Below, one piece after another: positions 30,201-45,200 of a DNA stretch of 64,000 nt. Positions within the stretch are counted from its first letter, which is position 1; every line of letters starts with the position of its first letter. Location of the stretch: assembly GCF_009914755.1 (NCBI RefSeq), contig NC_060937.1; one strand, written 5' to 3'. The stretch is from the human T2T-CHM13v2.0 reference genome, Homo sapiens. The notes under the pieces were generated by a model, which searched no databases, was not told where the DNA came from, and saw only the letters and a program-made list of their open reading frames with translations. A program made the position numbers and the translations under genes.

Positions 30201-33200
30201 ATGAAGGTACATCAAATATATATTATATCCTGTACATAAAATATCAAAGTACACCTATTATATATTGTGTACTGTACATAATATATTAAATCGCCCAAAT
30301 ATATATTGTATACTGTATATAAAATATGAAGGTACTTCAAATATATATTATATGCTGCACATAAAATATCAAAGTACCCAAAGTATGCATTACATACTGT
30401 ACATAAAATATCAAAGTACACATATTATCTATTATATAATGTACATAAAATATGAAGGTTCATCAAATATATATTATATTCTGTACATAATATATCAAAG
30501 TACATCAAATATATATTATATACTGTACATAAAATATCAAAGTACCAAAAATATGTATTATATACTGTACATAAAACATGAAAGTAACCAAACATTTATA
30601 ATAAACTGTACATAAAATATCAAAGTACTCAATCTACATATTATATACAGTATATAAAATATCAAAGTACACAAACTGTATATTATATACTGTACATAAT
30701 ATATCAAAGTACCCAGAATATATAGCATACTGTACATAAAATATCAAAGTACCCAAAATATATATTGTATACTGTACATAAAATATGAAGGTACATCAAA
30801 GATATATTATATTCTGTACATAAAATATCAAACTACACCAAATATATATTATATGCTGTACATAATATATTAAAGTTGCCCATATATACATTATATACTG
30901 TACATAAAATATGAACGTACATCAAATATATAGTATATGCTGCACATAAAATATCAAAGTACCCAAAGTATGTATTATACACTGTACATAAAATATCAAA
31001 GTACCAAAAGTATATATTACATACTGTAAATAAAATATGAAGGTACCTCAAATATATATTATATTTTATACATAAAATATCAAAGTACACCAAGTATATA
31101 CTATATATTCTGCATAAAATATTAAATTACCCGAAATATGTATTGTATTGTGTACATAAAATATGAAAGTAACCAAACATTTATAATAAACTGTACATAA
31201 AATATCAAAGTACTCAAACTGTATATTATATACTGTACATAAAGTATCAAAGTACCCAAACTGTGTAGTATATACTGTACATAAAATATCAAGGTACCCA
31301 AAATATATATTGTAAACTGTAGATAAAATATCAAAGTACCCAAAATATATATTATATACTGTACATGAAATATGAAGGCACATCCAATATATATTATACT
31401 CTGTACATAAAATATCAAAGTACACCAAATGTATATTATATACTGTACATAAAATATCAAAGTACCCAAAGTGTATATTATATACTGTACATAAACTATG
31501 AAGGTTCATCAAATATATTTTATATTCTGCACATAATATATCAAAGTACAGCAAATATATATTATATACTGTACATAAAATATCAAAGTACCCAAAATAT
31601 GTATTATATACTGTACATAAAATATGAAAGTAAGCAAACATTTATAATAAACTGTACATAAAGTATCAAAGTACTCAAACTACATATTATATACAGTATA
31701 TAAAATATCAAAGTACCCAAACTGTATATTATATACTGTACATAATATATCAAAGTACCCGAATATATAGCATACTCTACATAAAATATCAAAGTACCCA
31801 AATTTTGTATTATACACTGCACATAAAATATGAAGGTACATCAAAGATATATTATATTCTGTACATAAAATATCAAAGTACACCAAATATATATTATATG
31901 CTGTACATAATATATTAAAGTCGACCAAATATATATTATATACTGTACATAAAATATGAAGGTACATCAAATATATATTATATGCTGCACATAAAATATC
32001 AAAGTACCCAAAGTATGTGTTATATACTGTACATAAAATATCAAAGTACCCAAAGTATATATTATATACTGTACATAAAATATAAAATACCCCAAATATA
32101 TATTATATGCTGTACATAAAATATCAAAGTACACAAAATATGTATTATATACTGTACATAAAATACCAAAGGACCCAAAATATATATTATATACTGTACA
32201 TAAAATATCAAAATACCCAAAATATATATTATATACTGTACATAAAATACCAAAGTACCCAAAGTATATATTAGATACCGTACAAAAAATATCAAAGTAG
32301 CCAAAATATGTATTATACACTGTACATAATATATGAAAGTACCCAAACATTTATAATAAACTGTACATAAAATATCAATGTACTCAAACTATATATTATG
32401 TGCGGTACATAAGATATCAAAGTACCCATACTATATAGTATATACTGTACTTAAAATATCAAAATACCCAAAATATATATTATATACGTTACATAAACTA
32501 TCAAATACACAAAGTATGTATTATATACTGTACATAAAATAGCAAAGTTCCCAAAATATGTATTATATACTGTACATAAAATATGAAAGTACCCAACCAT
32601 TTATAATAAAGTCTACATAAAATACCAAAGTACCCAAACTGTGTATTATATACTGTCCATAAAATATCAAAGGACCCAAAATATATATTGTAAACTCTAC
32701 ATAAAATATCAAAGTAGCCAAAATACATATTGTATACTGTACATAAAATATAAAAGTACCCCAAATATGTATTATATACTGTACATAAAATATCAAAGTA
32801 CCCATAATACATATTATATACTGTACATAAAATATCAAAGGACCCAAAATAAACATTATATACTGTACATAAAATCTCCAAATACTCAAAATATATATTA
32901 CGTACTGTACATAAAATATCAAAGTACCCAAATTATGTATTATATACTGTACGTAAAATATCAGAGTACCCAAAATATGCATTATATACTGTACATAAAA
33001 TATGAAAGTAACAATACATTTATAATAAACTGTACATAAAATATCAAAGTACTCAAACTATATATCATATACTGTACATAAAATATCAAAGTACCCAAAC
33101 TGTGTATTATTATATACTGTATATAAAATATCAAAGTACCTGAAATATATATTGTATACTGTACATAAAATATCAAAGTACCCAAAATATATACTATATA

Positions 33201-36200
33201 CTGTACATAAAATATGAAGGTACATCAAATATATATTATATCCTGTACATAAAATATCAAAGTACACCTATTATATATTGTGTACTGCACATAATATATT
33301 AAATCGCCCAAATATATATTGTATACTGTATATAAAATATGAAGGTACTTCAAATATATATTATATGCTGCACATAAAATATCAAAGTACCCAAAGTATG
33401 CATTACATACTGTACATAAAATATCAAATTACACAAATTATATATTATATTCTGTACATAAAATATGTAGGTTCTTCAAATATATTTTATATTCTGTACA
33501 TAATATATCAAAGTACATCAAATATATATTATATACGGTACATAAAATATCAAAGTACCCAAAATATGTATTAATTACTGTGCATAAAATATGAAAGTAA
33601 CCAAACATTTATAATAAACTGTACATAAAATATCAAACTACTCAATCTACATATTATATACAGTATATAAAATATCAAAGTACACAAACTGTATATTATA
33701 TACTGTACATAATATATCAAAGTACCCAGAATATATAGCATACTGTACATACAATATCAAAGTACCCAGAATGTATATTGTATTCTGTACATAAAATATG
33801 AATGTACATCAAAGATATATTATATTCTGTACATAAAATATCAAAGTACACCAAATATATATTATATGCTGTACATAATATATTAAAGTTGCCCATGCAT
33901 ACATTTTATACTGTACATAAAATATGAAGGTACATCAAATATATAGTATATGCTGCACATAAAATATCAAAGTACCCAAAGTATGTATTATATACTGTAC
34001 ATAAAATATCAAAGTACCAAAAGTATATATTACCTACTGTAAATAAAATATGAAGATACCTCAAATATATATTATATTCTGTACATGAAATGTCAAAGTA
34101 CACCAAGTATATACTATATACTCTACATAAAATATTAAATTACCCAAAATATGTATTGTATTGTGTACATAAAATATGAAAGTAACCAAACATTTATAAT
34201 AAACTGTACATAAAATATCAAAGTACTCAAACTTTATATTATATACTGTACATAAAGTATCAAAGTACCCAAACTGTGTAGTATATACTGTACATAAAAT
34301 ATCAAGGTACCCAAAATGTATATTGTAAACTGTAGATAAAATATCAAAGTACCCAAAATATATATTATATACTGTACATAAAATATGAAGGCTCATCCAA
34401 TATATATTATATTCTGTACATAAAATATCAAAGTACACCAAATGTATATTATATACTGTACATAAAATATAAAACTACCCCAAATATATCTTATATACTC
34501 TACATAAAATATCAAAGTACCCAAAATATATATTATATACTGTACATAAAATATCAAAGTACCCATAGTATGTATTATATCCTGTACATAAAATATGAAG
34601 GTACATCAAATATATATTCTATTCTGCACATAAAATATCATATTGCACCAAATATATATTGTATACTGTATATAAAATATGAAGGTACTTCAAATATATA
34701 TTATATGCTGCACATAAAATATCAAAGTACCCAAAGTATGCATTATATACTGTACATAAAATATCAAAGTACCCAAAGTGTATATTATATACTGTACATA
34801 AAATATGAAGGTTCATCAAATATATTTTATATTCTGCACATAATATATCAAAGTACAGCAAATATATATTATATACTGTACATAAAATATCAAAGTACCC
34901 AAAATATGTATTATATACTGTACATAAAATATGAAAGTAACCAAACATTTATAATAAACTGTACATAAAATATCAAAGTACTCAAACTACATATTATATA
35001 CAATATATAAAATGTCAAAGTACCCAAACTGTATATTATATACTGTACATAATATATCAAAGTACCCGAATATATAGCATACTGTACATAAAATATCAAA
35101 GTACCCAAAATATATATTGTATACTGTACATAAAATATGAAGGTACATCAAAGATATATTATATTCTGTACATAAAATATCAAAGTACACCAAATATATA
35201 TTATATGCTGTACAGAATATATTAAAGTCGACCAAATATATATTATATACTGTACATAAAATATGAAGGTACATCAAATATATATTATATGCTGCACATA
35301 AAATATCAAAGTACCCAAAGTATGTATTATATACTGTACATAAAATATCAAAGTACCCAAAGTATATATTATATACTGTACATAAAATATAAAATACCCC
35401 AAATATATATTATATCCTGTACATAAAATATCAAAGTACCCAAAATATATATTGTAAATTGTACATAAAATATCAAAGTAGCCAAAATATATATTGTATA
35501 CTGTACATAAAATATGAAGGTACATCAAATATATATTATATCCTGTACATAAAATATCAAAGTACCCAAAATATATATTGTAAATTGTACATAAAATATC
35601 AAAGTAGCCAAAATATATATTGTATACTGTACATAAAATATAAAAGTACCCCAAATATGTATTATATACTGTACATAAAATATCAAAGTACCCATAATAC
35701 ATATTATATACTGTACATAAAATATCAAAGGACCCAAAATAAACATTATATACTGTACATAAAATATCCAAATACTCAAAATATATATTACGTACTGTAC
35801 ATAAAATATCAAAGTACCCAAATTATGTATTATATACTGTACGTAAAATATCAGAGTACCCAAAATATGCATTATATACTGTACATAAAATATGAAAGTA
35901 ACAAAACATTTATAATAAACTGTACATAAAATATCAAAGTACTCAAACTATATATCATATACTGTACATAAAATATCAAAGTACCCAAACTGTATATTAT
36001 TATATACTGTATATAAAATATCAAAGTACCTGAAATATATATTGTATACTGTACATAAAATATCAAAGTACCCAAAATATATACTATATACTGTACATAA
36101 AATATGAAGGTACATAAATATATATTATATCCTGTACATAAAATATCAAAGTACACCTATTATATATTGTGTACTCTACATAATATATTAAGTCGCCCAA

Positions 36201-39200
36201 ATATATATTGTATACTGTATATAAAATATGAAGGTACTTCAAATATATATTATATGCTGCACATAAAATATCAAAGTACCCAAGGTATGCATTACATACT
36301 GTACATAAAATATCAAAGTACACATATTATATATTATATAATATACATAAAATATGAAGGTTCATCAAATATATATTATATTCTGTACATAATATATCAA
36401 AGTACATCAAATATATATTATATACTGTACATAAAATATCAAAGTACCAAAAATATGTATTATATACTGTACATAAAATATGAAAGTAACCAAACATTTA
36501 TAAGATACTGTACATAAAATATCAAAGTACTCAGTCTACATATTACATACAGTATATAAAATATCAAAGTACACACACTGTATATTATATACTGTACATA
36601 ATATATCAAAGTACCCAGAATATATAACATACTGTACATAAAATATCAAAGTACCCGAAATATATATGGTATACTGTACATAAAATATGAAGGTACATCA
36701 AAGATATATTATATTCTGTACATAAAATATCAAACTACACCAAATATATATTATATGCTGTACATAATATATTAAAGTTGCCCAAATACACATTCTATAC
36801 TGTACATAAAATATGAACGTACATCAAATATATAGTATATGCTGCACATAAAATATCAAAGTACCCAAAGTATGTATTATACACTGTACATAAAATATCA
36901 AAGTACCAAAAGTATATATTACATACTGTAAATAAAATATGAAGGTACCTCAAATATATATTATATTCTGTACATAAAATATCAAAGTCCACCTAGTATA
37001 TACTATATACTCTGCATAAAATATTAAATTACCCAAAATATGTATTGCATTGTGTACATAAAATATGAAAGTAACCAAACATTTATAATAAACTGTACAT
37101 AAAATATCAAAGTACTCAAACTGTATATTATATACTGTACATAAAGTATCAAAGTACCCAAACTGTGTAGTATATACTGTACATAAAATATCAAGGTACC
37201 CAAAATATATATTGTAAACTGTAGATTAAATATCAAAGTACCCAAAATATATATTATATACTGTACATAAAATATGAAGGCACATCCAATATATACTATA
37301 TTCTGTACATAAAATATCAAAGTACACCAAATGTATATTATATACTGTACATAAAATATCAAAGTACCCAAAGTGTATATTATATACTGTACATAAAATA
37401 TGAAGGTTCATCAAATATATTTTATATTCTGCACATAATATATCAAAGTACAGCAAATATATATTATATACTGTACATAAAATATCAAAGTACCCAAAAT
37501 ATGTATTATATACTGTACATAAAATATGAAAGTAACCAAACATTTATAATAAACTTTACATAAAGTATCAAAGTACTCAAACTACATATTATATACAGTA
37601 TGTAAAATATCAAAGTACCCCAACTGTATATTATATACTGTACATAATATATAAAGGTACCCAAATATATAGCATACTGTACATAAAATATCAAAGTACC
37701 CAAAATATATATTATATACTGTACATAAAATATCAAAATACCCAAAATATATATTATATACTGTACATAAATTACCAAAGTACCCAAAGTATATATTATG
37801 TAACGTACAAAAAATATCAAAGTAGCCAAAATATGTATTATACACTGTACTTAATATATGAAAGTACCCAAACATTTATAATAAACTGTAAATAAAATAT
37901 CAATGTACTCAAACTATATATTATGTGCGGTACATAAGATATCAAAGTACCCATGCTATATAGTATATACTGTACTTAAAATATCAAAATACCCAAAATA
38001 TATATTATATACGTTACATAAACTATCAAATACACAAAGTATGTATTATATACTGTACATAAAATAGCAAAGTTCCCAAAATATGTATTATATACTGTAC
38101 ATAAAATATGAAAGTACCCAACCATTTATAATAAACTCTACATAAAATACCAAAGTACCCAAACTGTGTATTATATACTGTCCATAAAATATCAAAGGAC
38201 CCAAAATATATATTGTAAACTCTACATAAAATATCAAAGTAGCCAAAATACATATTGTATACTGTACATAAAATATAAAAGTACCCCAAATATATATTAT
38301 ATACTGTACATAAAATATCAAAGTACCCATAATACATATTATATACTGTACATAAAATATCAAAGGACCCAAAATAAACATTATATACTGTACATAAAAT
38401 ATCCAAATACTCAAAATATATATTACATACTGTACATAAAATATCAAAGTACCCAAATTATGTATTATATACTGCATATAAAATATCAGAGTACCCAAAA
38501 TATGCATTATATACTGTACATAAAATATGAAGGTACATCAAATATATAGTATATGCTGCACATAAAATATCAAAGTACCCAAAGTATGTATTATATACTG
38601 TACATAAAATATCAAAGTACCAAAAGTATATATTACCTACTGTAAATAAAATATGAAGATACCTCAAATATATATTATATTCTGTACATAAAATATCAAA
38701 GTGCACCAAGTGTATACTATATACTCTACATAAAATATTAAATTACCCAAAATATGTATTGTATTGTGTACATAAAATATGAAAGTAACCAAACATTTAT
38801 AATAAACTGTACATAAAATATCAAAGTACTCAAACTTTATATTATATACTGTACATAAAGTATCAAAGTACCCAAACTGTGTAGTATATACTGTACATGA
38901 AATATCAAGGTACCCAAAATGTATATTGTAAACTGTAGATAAAATATCAAAGTACCCAAAATATATATTATATACTGTACATAAAATATGAAGGCACATC
39001 CAATATATATTATATTCTGTACATAAAATATCAAAGTACACCAAATGTATATTATATACTGTACATAAAATATAAAACTACCCCAAATATATCTTATATA
39101 CTCTACATAAAATATCAAAGTACCCAAAATATATATTATATACTGTACATAAAATATCAAAGTACCCATAGTATGTATTATATCCTGTACATAAAATATG

Positions 39201-42200
39201 AAGGTACATCAAATATATATTCTATTCTGCACATAAAATATCATATTGCACCAAATATATATTGTATACTGTATATAAAATATGAAGGTACTTCAAATAT
39301 ATATTATATGCTGCACATAAAATATCAAAGTACCCAAAGTATGCATTATATACTGTACATAAAATATCAAAGTACCCAAAGTGTATATTATATACTGTAC
39401 ATAAATTATGAAGGTTCATCAAATATATTTTATATTCTGCACATAATATATCAAAGTACAGCAAATATATATTATATATTGTACATAAAATAACAAAGTA
39501 CCAAAAATATGTATTATATACTGTACATAAAATATGAAAGTAACCAAATATTTATAATAAACTGTATATAAAATATCAAAGTACTCAAACTACATATTAT
39601 ATACAGTATATAAAATATCAAAGTACCCAAACTATATATTATATACTGTACATACTATATCAAAGTACCCAAATATATAGCATACTGTCCATAAAATATC
39701 AAAGTACCCAAAATATATATTGTATACTGTACATAAAATATGAAGGTACATCAAAGATATATTATATCCTGTACATAAAATATCAAAGTACACCAAATAT
39801 ATATTATATGCTGTACATAATATATTAAAGTCGACCAAATATATATTATATACTGTACATAAAATATGAAGGTACCTCAACTATATATTATATGCTGCAC
39901 ATAAATTATCAAAGTACCCAAAGTATGTATTATATACTGTACATAAAATATCAAAGTACCCAAAGTATATATTATATACTGTACATAAAATATAAAATAC
40001 CCCAAATATATATTATATGCTGTACATAAAATATCAAAGTACACAAAATATGTATTATGTACTGTACATACAATATAAAGGACCCAAAATATATACTATA
40101 TACTGTACATAAAATATCAAAATACCCAAAATATATATTATATACTGTACATAAAATACCAAAGTACCCAAAGTATATATTATATACCGTACAAAAAATA
40201 TCAAAGTAGCCAAAATATGTATTATACACTGTACATAATATATGAAAGTACCCAAACATTTATAATAAACTGTACATAAAATATCAATGTACTCAAACTA
40301 TGTATTATGTGCGGTACATAACATATCAAAGTATCCATACTATATAGTATGTACTGCACTTAAAATATCAAAATACCCAAAATATATATTATATACGTTA
40401 CATAAAATATCAAATACACAAAGTATGTATTATATACTGTACATAAAATAGCAAAGTTCCCAAAATATGTATTATATACTGTACATAAAATATGAAAGTA
40501 CCCAACCATTTATAATAAACTCTACATAAAATACCAAAGTACCCAAACTGTGTATTATATACTGTCCATAAAATATCAAAGTACCCAAAATATATATTGT
40601 AAACTCTACATAAAATATCAAAGTAGCCAAAATACATATTTTATACTGTACATAAAATATGAAAGTACCCCAAATATGTATTATATACTGTACATAAAAT
40701 ATCAAAGTACCCATAATACATATTATATACTGTACATAAAATATCAAAGGACCCAAAATAAACATTATATACTGTACATAAAATATCCAAATACTCAAAA
40801 TATATATTATGTACTGTACATAAAATATCAAAGTACCCAAATTATGTATTATATACTGTACGTAAAATATCAGAGTACCCAAAATATGCATTATATACTG
40901 TACATAAAATATGAAAGTAACAATACATTTATAATAAACTGTACAAAAAATATCAAAGTACTCAAACTATATATCATATACTGTACATAAAATATCAAAG
41001 TACCCAAACTGTGTATTATTATATACTGTATATAAAATATCAAATACCTGAAATATATATTGTATACTGTACATAAAATATCAAAGTACCCAAAATATAT
41101 ACTATATACTGTACATAAAATATGAAGGTACATCAAATATATATTATATCCTGTACATAAAATATCAAAGTACACCTATTATATATTGTGTACTGTACAT
41201 AATATATTAAATCGCCCAAATATATATTGTATACTGTATATAAAATATGAAGGTACTTCAAATATATATTATATGCTGCACATAAAATATCAAAGTACCC
41301 AAAGTATGCATTACATACTGTACATAAAATATCAAAGTACACATATTATATATTATATAATGTACATAAAATATGAAGGTTCATCAAATATATATTATAT
41401 TCTGTACATAATATATCAAAGTACATAAAATATATATTATATACGGTACATAAAATATCAAAGTAACAAAAATATGTATTATATACTGTACATAAAACAT
41501 GAAAGTAACCAAACATTTATAATAAACTGTACATTAAATATCAAAGTACTCAATGTACATAATATATACAGTATATAAAATATCAAAGTACACAAACTGT
41601 ATATTATATACTGTACATAATATATCAAAGTACCCAGAATATATAGCATACTGTACATAAAATATCAAAGTACCCAAAATATATATTGTATACTGTACTT
41701 AAAATATGAAGGTACATCAAAGATATATTATATTCTGTACATAAAATATCAAAGTACACCAAATATATATTATATGCTGTACATAGTATATTAAAGTTGC
41801 CCGTATATACATTATATACTGTACATAAAATATGAACGTACATCAAATATATAGTATATGCTGCACATAAAATATCAAAGTACCCAAAGTATGTATTATA
41901 CACTGTACATAAAATATCAAAGTACCAAAAGTATATATTACATACTGTAAATAAAATATGAAGGTACCTCAAATATATATTATATTCTGTACATAAAATA
42001 TCAAAGTACACCAAGTATATACTATATACTCTGCATAAAATATTAAATTACCCAAAATATGTATTGTATTGTGTACATAAAATATGAAAGTAACCAAACA
42101 TTTATAATAAACTGTACATAAAATATCAAAATACTCAAACTGTATATTATATACTGTACATAAAGTATCAAAGTACCCAAACTGTGTAGTATATACTGTA

Positions 42201-45200
42201 CATAAAATATCAAGGTACCCAAAATATATATTGTAAACTGTAGATAAAATATCAAAGTACCCAAAATATATATTATATACTGTACATAAAATGTGAAGGC
42301 ACATCCAATATATATTATATTCTGTACATAAAATATCAAAGTACACCAAATGTATATTATATACTGTACATAAAATATCAAAGTACCCAAAGTGTATATT
42401 ATATACTGTACATAAAATATGAAGGTTCATCAAATATATTTTATATTCTGCACATAATATATCAAAGTACAGCAAATATATATTATATACTGTACATAAA
42501 ATATCAAAGTACCCAAAATATGTATTATATACTGTACATAAAATATGAAAGTAAGCAAACATTTATAATAAACTGTACATAAAGTATCAAAGTACTCAAA
42601 CTACATATTATATACAGTATATAAAATGTCAAAGTACCCAAACTGTATATTATATACTGTACATAGTATATCAAAGTACCCGAATATATAGCATACTGTA
42701 CATAAAATATCAAAGTACCCAAAGTGTGTTTTATACACTGCACATAAAATATGAAGGTACATAAAATATATATTGTATTCTGTACATAAAATATCAAAGT
42801 ACTCCAAATATATATTATATGCTGTACATAATATATTAAAGTCGCCCAAATATATATTATATACTGTGCATAAAATATGAAGGTACATCAAATATATATT
42901 ATATGCTGCACATAAAATATCAAAGTACCCAAAGTATGTGTTATATACTGTACATAAAATATCAAAGTACCCAAAGTATATATTATATACTGTACATAAA
43001 ATATAAAATACCCCAAATATATATTATATGCTGTACATAAAATATCAAAGTACACAAAATATGTATTATATACTGTACATAAAATACCAAAGGACCCAAA
43101 ATATATATTATATACTGTACATAAAATATCAAAATACCCAAAATATATATTATATACTGTACATAAAATACCAAAGTACCCAAAGTATATATTATATACC
43201 GTACAAAAAATATCAAAGTAGCCAAAATATGTATTATACACTGTACATAATATATGAAAGTACCCAAACATTTATAATAAACTGTACATAAAATATCAAT
43301 GTACTCAAACTATATATTATGTGCGGTACATAAGATATCAAAGTACCCATACTATATAGTATATACTGTACTTAAAATATCAAAATACCCAAAATATATA
43401 TTATATACGTTACATAAACTATCAAGTACACAAAGTATGTATTATATACTGTACATAAAATAGCAAAGTTCCCAAAATATGTATTATATATATTATAAAT
43501 ATGTACATAAAATATGAAAGTATCCAACCATTTATAATAAACTCTACATAAAACACCAAAGTACCCAAACTGTGTATTATATACTGTCCATAAAATATCA
43601 AAGTACCCAAAATATATATTGTAAACTGTACATAAAATATCAAAGTAGCCAAAATACATATTGTATACTGTACATAAAATATAAAAGTACCCCAAATATA
43701 TATTATATACTGTACATAAAATATCAAAGTACCCCTAATACATATTATACACTGTACATAAAATATCAAAGGACCCAAAATAAACATTATATACTGTACA
43801 TAAAATATCCAAATACTCAAAATATATATTACATACTGTACATAAAATATCAAAGTACCCAAATTATGTATTATATACTGTACGTAAAATATCAGAGTAC
43901 CCAAAATATGCATTATATACTGTACATAAAATATGAAAGTAACAAAACATTTATAATAAACTGTACATAAAATATCAAAGTACTCAAACTATATATCATA
44001 TACTGTACATAAAATATCAAAGTACCCAAACTGTGTATTATTATATACTGTATATAAAATATCAAAGTACCTGAAATATATATTGTATACTGTACATAAA
44101 ATATCAAAGTACCCAAAATATATACTATATACTGTACATAAAATATGAAGGTACATCAAATATATATTATATCCTGTACATAAAATATCAAAGTACACCT
44201 ATTATATATTGTGTACTGCACATAATATATTAAATCGCCCAAATATATATTGTATACTGTATATAAAATATGAAGGTACTTCAAATATATATTATATGCT
44301 GCACATAAAATATCAAAGTACCCAAAGTATGCATTACATACTGTACATAAAATATCAAATTACACAAATTATATATTATATTCTGTACATAAAATATGTA
44401 GGTTCTTCAAATATATTTTATATTCTGTACATAATATATCAAAGTACATCAAATACATATTATATACGGTACATAAAATATCAAAGTACCCAAAATATGT
44501 ATTAATTACTGTGCATAAAATATGAAAGTAACCAAACATTTATAATAAACTGTACATAAAATATCAAACTACTCAATCTACATATTATATACAGTATATA
44601 AAATATCAAAGTACACAAACTGTATATTATATACTGTACATAATATATCAAAGTACCCAGAATATATAGCATACTGTACATACAATATCAAAGTACCCAG
44701 AATGTATATTGTATTCTGTACATAAAATATGAATGTACATCAAAGATATATTATATTCTGTACATAAAATATCAAAGTACACCAAATATATATTATATGC
44801 TGTACATAATATATTAAAGTTGCCCATGCATACATTTTATACTGTACATAAAATATGAAGGTACATCAAATATATAGTATATGCTGCACATAAAATATCA
44901 AAGTACCCAAAGTATGTATTATATACTGTACATAAAATATCAAAGTACCAAAAGTGTATATTACCTACTGTAAATAAAATATGAAGATACCTCAAATATA
45001 TATTATATTCTGTACATGAAATATCAAAGTACACCAAGTATATACTATATACTCTACATAAAATATTAAATTACCCAAAATATGTATTGTATTGTGTACA
45101 TAAAATATGAAAGTAACCAAACATTTATAATAAACTGTACATAAAATATCAAAGTACTCAAACCTTATATTATATACTGTACATAAAGTATCAAAGTACC

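Larger units (their letters stand above)
17962..35842 (+). repeat. Near-perfect tandem duplication with an 8916-bp unit (HOR triplet A-B-C, two copies)
   Basis: ORF-track entries from 18040 to about 26600 recur at exactly +8916 with essentially identical translation. Only two substitutions noticed: 19543 T vs 28459 A, and 24999 T vs 33915 A. Confidence 0.9.
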
